A stretch of DNA of 64,000 bases from Octopus sinensis (GCF_006345805.1 NC_043002.1:5208001-5272000), one strand, 5' to 3'; shown: positions 1 through 13,090, counted from the first letter of the stretch. A program made the numbers and translations. Notes: generated by a model from the letters alone, not told the origin.

Positions 1-64
1 TAATTATGGGTGACAATTTCATATGACACCGCTAGAAAAACTGCCGTTCAAGCCGAAAATATTC
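1..64 (-). mobile_element. End of a Merlin-like MITE, truncated by the window edge
   Basis: Reverse complement of the left end of the MITE at 24955-25368 (gtgacaatttcatatgacacc...gttcaagccgaaaatattc). Confidence 0.65.
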
Positions 65-224
65 TTGACCTGATTTCTATAAATAAAAATGTGACGGTGA
101 TTGTTAGATTGTCTTGTCTTTAAAAGTTACATCTCACTCAATTGACCCGTCACGCTACTCACTCCTCTCTGCTATAGTCTACAACTAAGTAAAGACATTA
201 AATGCCAATTATATTTCTCAAGCG

Positions 225-441
225 TTTAAGGAGGTGAGCTGGCAGAATTGAGAGCACGTCGGGCAAAATACTTAGCGGCATTTCACTCGTCTTTACGTTC
301 TGATCTCGGATTCCGCCGAGGTCAACTTAGCATTTCATCGTTTCGGTATCGATAAAATAAATACCATTTACGTATCGAGGTCAATGTAAGCAACAGGCCC
401 TCTTCCTCAAATTGCAGACCTTGTGCCTATAAGAAGAAAGG
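225..441 (+). mobile_element. tRNA-derived SINE family A, diverged monomer
   Basis: Head gaggtgagctggcagaa, body ttcatc...gtcgataaaataa, tail ccttgtgcctataagaagaaag; 14-bp direct repeat atatttctcaagcg at 211-224 and 442-455. Confidence 0.75.
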
Positions 442-1145
442 ATATTTCTCAAGCGCTTCTTTTTAAAGACCTCAATATACCCAACATTTAATAACATTTT
501 GACTCCTCCTGACCATGGACTTTGCACGTTCATAACAATTAAGGGAATGTGATATGATATGAGTAGAGACGCTAGGCTTAGTGGACTCATTGCCGTAAAA
601 TTGAGCTTTCGATTCTTGGACCAGAATGATGCTTCATTCCACCCAGGTGGTTAAAATGAGTAACCCGCGAAGGACCGGTGTCGGGGGTGATATATACACA
701 GAAGTCAGGAAACCGACTCTATACAAATCTATATGACTTAGTAATGAGCTTTATCCGTTCATATGATATGAACATTGTCTTCTTCCTTTGTGTTTGTAGC
801 AGTCTTTGAAAAATCTAACAGAGCGACTCTTGAGATCCGCAGAGGAAAGTTTATGGGATAAATATTCCATCATTTAACTGTTTAATTGATTAGTTAATTG
901 GTCGATTTTATGTACAAATCATTGTATGATGTAGAAACGATTACGCAAAGTTTCGCATATTGTAATCGAATAAAGTCACATAAAACTATAACTCTTTATT
1001 GTTTTCTCTGCTTATGCCCCAGCATGGCCGTAGTCTAATGACTGAAACAAGTGAACGATAAAAGATGTCTTTGTGTATATGTGTGTATGCGCGCGCGAGT
1101 ATGTATGTATATATGTGTATATGTGTGTGTGTATGTATATCAGAT

Positions 1146-1911
1146 ATTCTTTTCTATTCTAGTCACCAGGCCCGAAATTTTTGGAGAGGGGGCCAGTCGA
1201 TTAGATCGATCCCAGTACGCAACTGATACTTAATTTATCGACCCCGAAAGGATGAAAGGCAAAGTCGACCTTGGCGGAATTTGAACTCAGAACATAAAGA
1301 CAGACGAAATACCTGTTTCTTTACTGCCCACAAGGGGCTAAACACAGAGAGGACAAACAAGGACAGACAACGGATTAAGTCGATTATATCGACTCCAGTG
1401 CGTAACTGGTACTTAATTTATCGACCCCGAAAGGATGAAAGGCAAAGTCGACCTTGGCGGAATTTGAACTCAGAACATAAAGACAGACGAAATACCTGTT
1501 TCTTTACTGCCCACAAGGGGCTAAACACAGAGAGGACAAACAAGGACAGACAACGGATTAAGTCGATTATATCGACTCCAGTGCGTAACTGGTACTTAAT
1601 TTATCGACCCCGAAAGGATGAAAGGCAAAGTCGACCGCGGTGGAATTTGAACTCAGAACGTAACGGCAGACGAAATACCTATTTCTTTACTACCCACAAG
1701 GGGCTAAACATAGAGTGGACAAACAAGGACAGACAAAGAGATTAAATCAATTATATCGACTCCAGTGCGTAACTGGTACTCATTTAACCGACCCCGAAAG
1801 GATGAAAGGCAAAGTCGACCTCGGCGGAATTTGAACTCGGAACGTAACGGCAGACGAAATACCGCTAAGTATTTCGCCCGGTGTGCTAACGTTTCTGGCA
1901 ACTCGCCACCT
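1146..1911 (-). repeat. Tandem array of four ~183-bp SINE-A-derived units behind a single tRNA-like head
   Basis: Four copies of the B-box segment ggaatttgaactc at ~183-bp period; one A-box head at the right end (RC ggtggcgagttgccagaaacgttagcac). Confidence 0.9.
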
Positions 1912-2001
1912 CACATATTGTAACTGCCTCTGTCACTGAAGAGTAACACTTAGTTTTCTACAACTTCAGTACATACAGTAGATTCCGCTTTATTGTGCGA
2001 T

Positions 2002-2215
2002 TAAAGAGCGGCAAACTGGCAGAATCGTTAGCGCGCCAGAGAAAACGCTTAGCGGCGTTTCGTCCAGCTTGCCCTTCTGAATTCAAATTCCGCCGACGTC
2101 GACATTGTCCTTCATCCTTTCGGAGCTGATAAAACGTCAGTTGAGCACTGGTATCAATGTAATCGACTCCCCCTCTCCAATAAAAATTAGTGACCTTGTG
2201 CCAACAGAAGAACGG
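2002..2215 (+). mobile_element. SINE family A monomer
   Basis: ctggcagaatcgttagc...ctgaattcaaattccgccg...ttcatcctttcgg...tgaccttgtgcc. Confidence 0.75.
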
Positions 2216-2512
2216 ACAATTTAGGCGATTAACCGAATCCAATTAGAAAGCAATAAATTACGATGTTCCAGTATATTTTCTGCAGTAACGCTTCCTGGCT
2301 ATATTTACACTCGCATAGATTATATCATGAAAGCAGAATTCTTATTCGGTGGACACACACAACCTGATTATGTTTCGTCTAATCCCAGTTAATTATTTTA
2401 TTGATATAGATCGACATCTTATCTTTTATCTTTTACTTGTTTCATTCATTAGACTGCGGCCATGCTGGGACACCATCTTGAAGAATTTTTAATCGAATGT
2501 ATCGTCCCAGTA

Positions 2513-2912
2513 GGCGCAGGAATGGCTGTGTGGTATGTAGTTTGCTTACCAACCACATGGTTCCGGGTTCAGTCCAATTGCATGGCATCTTCGGCAAGTG
2601 TCTTCTACTATAGCTTCGGGCCGACCAAAGCCTTGTGAGTGGATTTGGTAGACGGAAACTGAAAGAAGCCCGTCGTATATATGTATATATATATATATGT
2701 ATGTGTGTGTGTATATGTTTGTGTGTCTCTGTCTCCCATCACTTGACAACCGATGCTGGTGTGTTTACGTCCCCGTAACTTAGCAGTTCGGCAAAAGAGA
2801 CCGATAGAATAAGTACTAGGCTTACAAAGAATAAGTCCTGGGGTCGATTTGCTCGACTAAAGGCGGTGCTCCTGCATGGCTACAGTTAAATGACTGAAAC
2901 AAGTAAAAGAGT
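2513..2912 (+). mobile_element. Bipartite tRNA-derived SINE family B, full length
   Basis: Head ggcgcaggaatggctgtgtggta, B-box-like gggttcagtcc, CORE-like cttcggcaagtgtcttc, internal (TA)n(TG)n linker, second module ending gactgaaacaagtaaaagag. Confidence 0.85.
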
Positions 2913-2939
2913 AGAGAGAGAAAGTACTTATATTTTTAA

Positions 2940-3188
2940 AGTATGGTACTTATTCTATCGGTCTCTTTTGCCGGACCGCTAAGTTACGGAAACATAAACA
3001 CACCAGCACTTGCTGTCATACATACATACATTCATACATACGACGGGCTTCTTTCAGTTCCACTCACATGGCTTTGGTTGCCCGAGGTTATAGTTGAAGA
3101 CATCTCCTAAAGTGTCACTTAGTGGGACTGAACCCGGAATTATGTGGTTGGGAAGCAAGCTTCTTACCACACAGCCACGCCTGCGCCT
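2940..3188 (-). mobile_element. SINE family B, internally shortened
   Basis: Reverse complement of family B, ending cacacagccacgcctgcgcc; inverted relative to 2513-2912. Confidence 0.8.
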
Positions 3189-3281
3189 GAATGTTTTTGT
3201 CCCTTATTAGATTTTCAATATCCTTTTATATTCTGTAACTACCGAAACGTTGTAATTTCATATATCATATACACGACCAGT

Positions 3282-3591
3282 GGAGGCGCAATGGCCCAGT
3301 GGTTAGGGCAGCGGACTCGCGGTTGTAGGATCGCGGTTTCGATTCCCAGACCGGGCGTTGTGAGTGTTTATTGAGCGAAAACACCTAAAGCTCCACGAGG
3401 CTCCGGCAGGGGGTGGTGGCGATCCCTGCTGTACTCTTTCGCTACAACTTTCTCTCGCTCTTTCTTCTGTTGGCCAGCTCGCTTAGCCAGCGGGGTGGCG
3501 TCATTTGAAGGCTAAAACAATGCGAAGCGCATTGTGACCAGCGATGTGTAGCAACATCTGATAGCCTGGTCGGTCACGTTGATCACGGTGA
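3282..3591 (+). mobile_element. tRNA-derived SINE family C, tail type 1
   Basis: Head ggaggcgcaatggcccagtggttaggg...ggtttcgattccc; TSD cacgaccagt at 3272-3281 and 3596-3605; near-identical to 25906-26216. Confidence 0.9.
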
Positions 3592-4061
3592 TATGCACGA
3601 CCAGTAGATTTCCCAGTTTATATTATACAACAGTACCATCCTGGGCCATCTAGTGTAAGACGGATCAATCACAGGCTACAATATTTTGTAGCGAATAAAA
3701 AATATGACGTCACTTCTCCTTGATTATTTTTTCACAATTTTTTTCATACGATGAAGACTTATAGATGAAACATTTTTTTCTAAACAAGATAAAAATAAAC
3801 TGGAGTCTGAATTTTGAGGGTTTTTAAATTCAAAGCGGTTAGAATAACATCCTGAAACCATTTGACTTTTTTTTAGCATCTGGTGTTTGTAAGCACAAAC
3901 CGCTGAATACTGTCATTAATTAATGATGGTAACGGAAGCTTCCAGATTCATCTTATTCGTATCAAATCAATTTGATGCTAGATTTAATTAATATTTTTAC
4001 TAATAATCGGAAAAAATATCTTTAGGCAATTGACCATTCAATTTTACATATATTCTTCTAT

Positions 4062-4430
4062 TCTTTTACTTGTTTCAGTCATTTGACAGCGGCCATGCTG
4101 GAGCACCGGCTTTTAGTCGAGCAGATCGATCCAAGGACTTATTATTTGTAAGCCTAGTACTTATTCTTTCGGTCCCTTTTGCCGAACTTCTAAGTGAGGG
4201 GACGTAAACACACCAGCATCGGTTGTCAAGCGATGTTGGAGGGACAAACAGACACACACACATACACGACGAGCTTCTTTCAGTTTCCGTCAACCACATT
4301 CACTCACAAGGCTTTGGTCGGCTCGAGGCTATAGTAGAAGACACTTGCCGAAGGTGCCACACAGTGGGACTGAACCCGGAACCATGTGGCTGATAAGCAA
4401 GCTACTTATCTCACAGCCACTTCTGCGCCT
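4062..4430 (-). mobile_element. SINE family B, full length
   Basis: Both modules present in reverse complement; ends cacagccacttctgcgcc. Confidence 0.85.
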
Positions 4431-5227
4431 ATACTTTAAATTTTGGAGCCAAATGGTTCGTGCATCCAGTAAACAGATTTAAGTAATTATCCGGTATGCT
4501 ATTAAGCGGAATCAACTGATTAATAAATTACCTTTGCGAAACTTAATCACTTGACTTATCAGAATTAGGTCGAAGGATTCTTGCAATATCCAATTATAAC
4601 TACTTCGTAACCGAATCGTACTCCAATGAAATGACCTTATGTGATATTAACTCTGAAATGAAACGGAATAAAAACAGACACCATTAGCTGACTCATACGA
4701 CACTCCACTGTTTTTGTTTTTCACTAACATATTTGTATCCACTGTTGAGACATTTTAAATATAGCACGTAGTACAACTGGAGAGATACCTAGACAAATTG
4801 CCATTCCTGGTACGTCATGGCACGTTGCTACAATTCCCAACAGTAGGTGGCGTCGTAGTCAACCAAAAAGTCGGGCTAAACTCCAATAAAATAACTCATT
4901 TCTCAGATATTTGTTTCTCGTCTGTCTTTCTTCATTTCCCTCTCCCAGGTAAATTTATGTCATTCCCAGTAGCAGAGCAACTCATGTCGCCATACCTAAT
5001 TTGGGAATTCTTAAATAAATAAACAAATAAATAAGCAGACAAATAAATAAATAAATAAACAAATAAATTAGTAAATAAACGGATAGGCACAGGCGTGGCT
5101 GTGAGATAAGAAATTTGGTTCTCATCCACATGGTACCAGGTTCAGTCCAATTGCTTGACACACCTGCATTTCTCTTCTGCAATAGCTTAAGGCCGACCAA
5201 TGTATTGTGACAGGTATGATAATGGCC

Positions 5228-5463
5228 AAGGCGGCGAGTTGGTAGAAATGTTAGAACACCGGGTGAAATGCTTAGCGGTATTTCGTCTGTCGTTATGTTC
5301 TGAGTTCAAATTCCGCCGAGGTCGACTTTGCCTTTCATCCTTTCGGGGTCGATAAATTAAGTACCAGTTACGCACTGGGATCGATGTAATCGACTTAATC
5401 CGTTTGTCTGTCCTTGTTTGTCCCCTTTGCGTTTAGCTCCTTGTGGGTAGTAAAGAAATAGGT
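5228..5463 (+). mobile_element. SINE family A monomer (tail ending gggtagtaaagaaata), inserted in a SINE B remnant
   Basis: aggcggcgagttggtagaaa...gagttcaaattccgccgagg; flanked by the direct repeat ggtatgataatggccaa. Confidence 0.85.
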
Positions 5464-5991
5464 ATGATAATGGCCAAACCAAGGTTTCATTAGAAGATGC
5501 TTGCCCAAAACATCAGGTAGTGGGATCGAATTACGGTATCACGTTGTTACTTCTTACCTACAAAGCCTCGCCTCTCCATATATCTTTATATTCTACTTGT
5601 TTCAGTTTTAGGACTGCAACACCGCCGGGGCACCAGCTTCAAGTGTTTAGTCAAATAGATTGACCTCAGTGCTTATTTTTATATTTTGTACGTATTGGTA
5701 TCTTTTGTCGAACCGCTAAGTTAACGGAGGACGTAAACAGATCAGCACCGGTTGTCAGGCGGTAGTGGGATGGGGTGGGATTAAACACAAACGAACACAC
5801 ACACACTCACACACACGCACACACATACATACACACACACACACGCACACGCATATACACGCATACAAACACACGCACACACTCTCACACGCATAGACAT
5901 ACATACACACACACTCACACACACTCACACACACTCACACACACATACACACACACTCAGACACACTATCACACGCACATACACACATATT

Positions 5992-6210
5992 TGAAGGGGT
6001 GTTGAAATATTCCTGGCTTTGGGTAAAAGAATATACAGGAGGATCAGTTAATTATGATTTTATTCAACGTGTTACCTTCCCAGATTCACACACTTATTGC
6101 AGCGATCCTTCAGTCATTCTAAGCCCTGTAAAAGAACTCGGAAGGTTGGACCTTCAACCAGGCTTTTCGTAATTCCCTTAAAGCCTTGAACTTTTCAGCA
6201 CTCCCTCCTG
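5992..6210 (-). mobile_element. Non-autonomous mariner deletion derivative (MITE)
   Basis: Imperfect TIRs gaaggggtgttgaaatattcctggcttt / aaagccttgaacttttcagcactccctc; minus strand keeps a transposase C-terminal remnant (KDRCNKCVNL..HVE*). Confidence 0.6.
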
Positions 6211-6223
6211 TATACATACACAC

Positions 6224-6449
6224 GACGAGCTGGCAGAAACGTTAGCATGTCGGGCGAAATGCGTAGCCGGATTTCGTCTGCCATTACGTTCTGAGTTCAA
6301 ATTCCGCCGAGGTCGACTTTGCCTTTCATCCTTTCGGGGTCGATAAATTAAGTGCCAGTTACACACTAGGGTCGATATAATCGACTTAATCCGTTTGTCT
6401 GTCCTTGTTTGTCCCCTCTGTATTTAGCTCCTTGTGGGTAGTAAAGAAA
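6224..6449 (+). mobile_element. SINE family A monomer
   Basis: gacgagctggcagaaacgttagca...gagttcaaattccgccgagg...gggtagtaaagaaat. Confidence 0.85.
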
Positions 6450-6673
6450 TATATACATACACACGACGGGCTGTCAAGCAGTTTCCGGCTACCATATCCA
6501 CTCCCAGTGCTTTGGTCGACCCGGGGTTATAGTAGAAGACACGTGCCAAAAGTGCCGTGCAGTGCTGTGGGACTGAACCCAAAACCATGCAGTTGCAAGG
6601 CGAGATCTCAACCACACAACCTTGTTTGCTGGTTTCAGACAAATGTGGAATAAAGAAGACAGCAACAGCAAAT

Positions 6674-7037
6674 GGAGGCGCAATGGCCCAATGGTTAGGG
6701 CAGCGGACTCGCGGTCGGAGGATCGCGGTTTCGATTCCCAGACCGGGCGTTGTGTGTGTTTATTGAGCGAAAACACCTAAAAGCTCCGGCAGGGGGTGGT
6801 GACGACCCCTGTTGTACTCTCTCGCTACAACTTTCTCTCACTCTTTCTTCCTGTTTCTTGTCCCCGACTTCCTACACAACCGCTGAGCCTGGATGCGCAT
6901 TCATCCATCCGTCGATGTTCTCGGTGTCGGGCGTTGACCTGCTTTCTCTTCTGCGGGTCTTACGAATAGCAAAGGACCACGTTTCGGACCTCTCCCATCT
7001 TGCGAGCTCTGGGACGAAGACCGCTTCGCTCAACAAG
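6674..7037 (+). mobile_element. SINE family C, tail type 2
   Basis: Same head as 3282 with a different 3' half (cctggatgcgcattcatccatccgtcgatg...gaccgcttcgctcaacaa); flanking direct repeat acagcaacagca. Confidence 0.9.
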
Positions 7038-7649
7038 AACAGCAACAGCAGTAGTAACAGCAATAAAAGCAATAGCTAAATATTTTGCTTGTAACTGTGC
7101 AAACAAATAACGAAAAACTCCAGAAGATGAATGGGTTGTTACTATATATAACCATAACTGTCGAGAGTGAGTTTTCCAATAAACAGACAATGTAATATTG
7201 TTCTTGCTCTTGTTATTCATTTATAATTTATGCCGTTTTATAAGAGTTGACAATACCGTCAAGTCACCTGTGCCTGTCATCCAACAGATTTCAAGATATT
7301 TTAAGGAGTGTAAATTGAGTCAAGCAGTTTCCTGTTGCTAATGTTTATCTCATATGAAGATTTAAATTTAGCACTGCAAGCTGACGAAAACCTGACTTAT
7401 TTTTTTATTTAGAGCATTCGCTGCCAAGTTGGTTTGAGGGGAGTCCTTAATATGCAGTCAATCCCCGTTCTGAGCTGTTACTTCGAGGAGGTATTTAGTG
7501 AAAGGCGCTTCAGCCTTGACTTTTCCATTTTTTTTCTTTTTAGATTGTCAGTATCTAATATTACAGTTGCCAATGTGATATTTTACACTGCCGATAAAGT
7601 GTAATTGAAGAAGATTTAGCTGCCATTTCTAGTAGGTTTAGTGAATGTT

Positions 7650-7994
7650 TGTTTGTTGAGCGAAGCGGTCTTCGTCCCAGAGTGGGAGAGGTCCGAAACG
7701 TGGTTCTTTGCTATTCGTAAGACCCGCAGAAGAGAAAGCAGGTCGACCCCCGACACCGAGAGCATCGACGGATGGATGAATGCGCATCCAGGCTCAGCGG
7801 TTGCGTAGGAAGTCGGGGATAAGAAACAGGAAGGAAGAGTGAGAGAAAGTTGGAGCGAAAGAGTACAACCCGGAGCCTCATGGAGCTTTAAGTGTTTTCG
7901 CTCAATAAACACACACAACGCCCGGCCTGGGAATCGAAACCGCGATCATCCGACCGCGAGTCCGCTGCCCTAACCACTGGGCCATTGCGCCTCC
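7650..7994 (-). mobile_element. SINE family C, tail type 2, inverted partner of 6674-7037
   Basis: Reverse complement of the 6674 copy; TSD tttagtgaatgt on both sides. Confidence 0.9.
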
Positions 7995-8199
7995 ACTTTT
8001 AGTGAATGTGTAGAAACGACGGCGTTAAGCTATAACCTAAATTGATTTATAGCAGTGTCAGGATTACTGAATAGAAAGGGTTTACGGCTCAGCTCTGTTT
8101 CAGTCTTGTTTTTCAGGATTATGCGAAATGAAATGAAACAAACTGGACTGGATACGAAAGAGTGGTCTACTGGGTTAATGATTTATGATAATGAATGTT

Positions 8200-9150
8200 T
8201 CTTGATAAATAATGAAACATCACATTAGCACAAAAGAGATAATATTACAGAGGAGAACCTATAACGTCCATTGAACGGACTCCATTGTATGAGTGGTACT
8301 TATTTTATGAACACCGTGGTTGCTTTTGTTGTTGTTTAGTTCCAGCAAACCAGGCAGAAAATCAATAGTTTTATCAATGGGAGTGCTGCCTACAGGTTTG
8401 TCTTGGTTGAGGAGAAGTGAATACGAGGAGTATTCTGAAAGAGTAGTAAAGACTCTCATGTCGGATCTAGGAAGGCCCGGTTATATTTTGAGAAATGACA
8501 CAGAGCTTTATGGTGCAGAAACTCGTCCTTTGACTTCTTGGGGCTCGTCACGTTGGTATTATGGTGGTAGATAAACATTCCGGTTGTCGATTGTAGCAGA
8601 TTCCCACCCCAACAGCTGGTGTAGATATTACTTTTCATCTGCACAACTACATTAATATCCTCATCTTGTCCTTGGGTACCTTTAAGGGCACCTACTATGT
8701 TGCCAATGTTTAGACTAGGTCTTTGCTTATTACAGAAACGCAAGGGGTCATGGGAGCTGCCAAATGGATGTCAAGTCAGAATAAAAGGAAAATTATGGTT
8801 GTGAGTCTTGGTTATGTAAGGGATGTGGAACAGTATATCTCGGATATATTTTTAATCACTCGTTTAGGGAGGATTCGGCGGTGAAACACATTTGCTACCA
8901 AAGAACTTGAAGTACTGGGGGATTTGGTGGGCTGGCAGGAGTTGTGTAGTAAATTATCTTGAGATAGGTAAGTGTCAGATTAGGATAGAGAATATTCGAG
9001 TCTGTATCACAGAGATGACTTAATTTAGTGGTTCTTAAGCTAGGTAGTAGTAGTCTATGGGGGATATTGTTTGTTCCCAAGGTGGGCAGTGGGTGTCGCA
9101 GAATGGTCATAACTTTTCTAAGAAATAAAATATTAAAACTAGGTATGATA
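8200..9150 (-). pseudogene. Possible highly decayed Gypsy-like integrase remnant
   Basis: Minus-strand peptide NIVGALKGTQGQDEDINVVVQMKS resembles the rve D-x-VGPL..S.G...ILVVVD..SK block; no LTRs found; similarity is weak. Confidence 0.25.
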
Positions 9151-10458
9151 TTTATATTTTAACACCTTTTCAAGAAAAATCTTTCTCGGGAGCAATGTGA
9201 GAAGGGCATTGTGTTATGGGAGAGCAAAAACATAATTGATAATGTTCCAAGGTCCAATATAATTTCGTTATACGAGTCCTTGCTTAGTACTAATCCATGT
9301 GCATGCTTGATGGAATAATAAACGAAAACATGGATAATAAGGCTGCACAGTTATAGTTTGATTAATTAAAATATTCTCCTGTTTCTTGGTTTTGCAGAAC
9401 ATGGAGAGTGACGTTTTTTTAAAGATATTCGGCTAAAGAGGGTGCTGAGCTATAAATGACTGAGAGCCTTAGGGTGGATATAGAAGACAGTGGCATAGTG
9501 TGGAGCGGGTGGATCGCACAGAGTGGCTACTTGAGATACTTGTGTTTACTGTAGACAAAGGAGCGTTACGTTTAAGGAAAAAAGCTGGCCAATTTGGCTG
9601 TCACATAAGGCAGCCGAAACCTATGTTGTGAATGCCGTGAATGGGGTAAAACGCCAGAGCGTCGAACTAAATAAATGCTATGGGATATTAGTTCCGGCTC
9701 TTTATGTTTATGTTCTGAGTTTTTATCCCGCAGAGATCAACTTCACCTTTCACCCTTTAAGGGTCAATAAAATAAAGTACCAATCAAATGCAGAGGTATT
9801 GACTAACACCATCCAACCAAAACTGCAAGCCTTGTGCCTAAGTTAGAACCAGTTACTCGTACAGCTGTAAAGTTGCGTAGGGAGGGCTGTGCAGGATGTG
9901 TTGACCACACGGAGAGGCCATTTTGTTTACGACATGTGTTTGCTGTAGTCGAAGGTATGTTTAAGAAAGACGGCGGCCATTTTGGTTAACATATTGAACA
10001 GCCAAAACCCACACGACGCTACTGACAGGAGCCGAAGGATTTGTGTCTTACTGTAAGAGTAGGAGGCTGTTGGACCGACCGAAATCCACGAGTGTTGGTG
10101 TAGCAGACGGGAAATTTTCCCAGAATATTGATTAATACTCATTTTATTAGACAAAAGACTGTAAGCATTGAATTTCGGAAATTAAAAAAAATAGCTTACT
10201 GCAAATATACAAACTAAAAGAAAGGTGCAAAAAATAGCCACAACAACGATGTATGTTAAATGTGTAAATAATTAAACGAAAAAATAAGATGGCAAACTGG
10301 ATATTGTTACTAAGTATGGAAACTGGTTTTCTCCATCAATGTACGTGTTGTTATAAACCAGGCAACGCTAATGTTACTCTACTGGCACATAACACATTAA
10401 TATAAGTCTGCTGCAGGTATTTGCTGAAATATGCTTTTAAAACAAATAAAATAGAATA

Positions 10459-10505
10459 TATATATATATATATATATATCTCCAGAGACACACACACACA
10501 CACTG

Positions 10506-10544
<39 letters not shown>

Positions 10545-10569
10545 GCTACTACTACTACTGCTACTACTA

Positions 10570-10601
<32 letters not shown>

Positions 10602-10717
10602 GCTGCTGCCACTGCTGCTGCTGTGAATAATTCCACTCATTGGTAACAAAGCCTCAAATTGTACGAAACTGGTATAGTCGATTAAATCCATCAAACGCAC
10701 ACACACACACGTACGCG

Positions 10718-10758
<41 letters not shown>

Positions 10759-10770
10759 GCACGCGCACGC
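10459..10770. repeat. Compound microsatellite (TA)n(CA)n(TAC)n(TGC)n...(CA)n
   Basis: Directly visible. Confidence 0.9.
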
Positions 10771-12092
10771 CCAGAATGATTCTCAAAATATAGCTCTAGA
10801 ATGATTCAACTGCCTAAGGAACATTAAGGAAACATTTTTTCCCCGCTCAAGCCATTTTCTTTTGCTATCAAGTTGTCGCGGTGTAGTGTAATATAATTAT
10901 TTATGTGAAGGATATATACTCTTGGTTCGTTGTAAGTTTTTGGCTTTTACCTCCGCAGAATACCTGCTAACCGTCGCCGCCTTGTACAGAACTGTTGTGA
11001 ATTTGTCTTACGAATATTAATTTGATTAGCTCATTCGTTTTATTTTTTGAAAGGGTGTCTACATTTCATACTTAGTTATTCGCCAGCAATCTCTACGAAG
11101 TAAACGGATTAAATACGATCCTACAATTGAATTTCAGTTACACGATTGCTAGAGAAACATTCCTGTTGAAAAAGAATTCAAACAGACAAATAGTCCAGAT
11201 GTGAAAACAGGTTTGTCGAATTTAAGAAGGCTTCATGTAAAACAAAGCTCCTCATTACACCGGATATAAAATGATTCGGGAGCTGTTGTAATTCTAGAAA
11301 CATTACGAATGTTCGACTATTATAGCAATTTAGGTCCATCTCTTCAAGGTTCAGAGTTCAATCCGAGTGAACAATTTCTTATAGAACGAGTAACATTAGC
11401 GATAAAAAATCTAACCCCACCCACTTGCTTTAAGTGGCCTAGAAATAGTAGCCAAATCTATCTCAAATTGCATGCTGTTGTATAAAAAAGAAAAGTATGA
11501 AAGCTCTCGTTAGACAATGTAGTTGTAGATATACCAGGAAAATGGTCTCAACTGGAATATTTTTGCCTTTTTTTTCTTTCCAGGTTTGAATAATTAAGTA
11601 CCAGGCAGATACCTGTGCCGATTTAGTCGACTATAAACGTCAACGTAAACAAACTTCTAGATTTGGACGAACGTGAGAAATTATTATTATCAACAGGAAA
11701 CCGTGTCTGATGAGAATACAATGTAAATCACACGAAGAATAGAACGGGAAATGGATACAGAAGTATTGATAGTGAGAAATCGATATATATGAACTGGTAA
11801 ATGGATAACAGAGGAAGTAGATACTGTTATGGAATGATGCAGATTATTGTTATAATCCACCAAGTTGTAGGAAAACCACCAGAAATTCAATGTCATGAAG
11901 GGGATGGGCGCAGGTATGGTTGTGTGGTTCTGCGTTCGATCCTCTTACGCAGTACTTGGGCAAGTATCATCTACGATAGCCTCGGCTTGAGTAAAATTGG
12001 GTTGTCGGAAACTGTGAGAAAGTCCGTCGTATACACACATCTAAATTCGGAAGTCCTGTACATTCAATGAACGAATATATTTATGCACGCGC

Positions 12093-12204
<112 letters not shown>

Positions 12205-12567
12205 GGTCAATCTCTCATCAACTTCTTCAAGTACCACTTGAAAAGGAAAGTGAGAGTAGAGAGGCAAGTTTGTGTCTAGCGAATGTTTAAAAAAGATGGG
12301 TGAATGTAGCAAGAATGGCACGTATGAATGACGAAGCCACCTTGAGCATAGTCCTATGAACCCAGAAATCGAAAACAGAGGTTGCTTATTTGCAAAAAAA
12401 AAAAAAAAAAAAAAAAGAATATAAAATGTGACTTCATTGACCGAGGTTTCCGTGGTCTTTTCCGCAGGCTTTCTTTCCACGGTAAACCTCACCTGTCCTC
12501 CCCTTTACACTTCATATTGACATTTCTGTGATAACGATCCCTATTGATCATTTTTTTTCCTCTCCCT

Positions 12568-12598
<31 letters not shown>

Positions 12599-12838
12599 TT
12601 AACCCCCTTATTTTGTCCTCTTTCTCTCCTTTTACGATCCCTTTTGATCGAACCTCCCCTTCCCTTTTTTTTTTTTTTTTTTTTTAATACCTTCAAAGAA
12701 AAGCTCTACCTTGTAATTTGTTCTATCTGTGTGCAGCCCTGTGTGGCTAATAAAGAACATATCTATCTGTCTGTCTGTCTGTCTGTCTGTCTATGTCATG
12801 TATGTATGTATGTATGTATGTATCTATCTATCTATCTG

Positions 12839-12901
<63 letters not shown>

Positions 12902-13046
12902 GTCTATCAATCTACCTATCTGTCTATTTGTCTGTCTGTTCGTGTATGTATGTATATATATTACATATATACATATATATAGAGAGAGAGATGGAGAGAG
13001 GGAGACTAAGAGATAGAGTTGCATACATACATACATATATATGTGT

Positions 13047-13090
<44 letters not shown>

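Noticed and set aside
1281-1745. 154-aa ORF with 61-aa internal repeats
   Set aside because: It is the antisense reading of the 183-bp SINE-A tandem unit and recurs wherever the SINE does (28600, 48272).
1146-1911. Regularly spaced repeats as a CRISPR array
   Set aside because: Units are contiguous 183-bp SINE derivatives with no unique spacers, no cas genes, and a eukaryotic context.
3282-3360. tRNA gene calls for SINE heads (families A-D)
   Set aside because: A and B boxes are present, but the acceptor stem does not close and each head runs into a dispersed-repeat body with TSDs.
4532-4652. Minus-strand segment with a good acceptor (tttcag) and a gtaatt donor as exon 2 of the host gene
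   Set aside because: Stop codons in all three frames; at most a non-coding pseudo-exon.
11707-11745. ctgatgag...cacgaag as a hammerhead
   Set aside because: No stem II, GAAG instead of GAAA, and no stem I or III pairing.
12480-12740. Repeated gatc-cc(c)t-gatc(gaa) motifs as hammerheads
   Set aside because: Possibly a PLE-end remnant, but core and stems are too degenerate to support a call.
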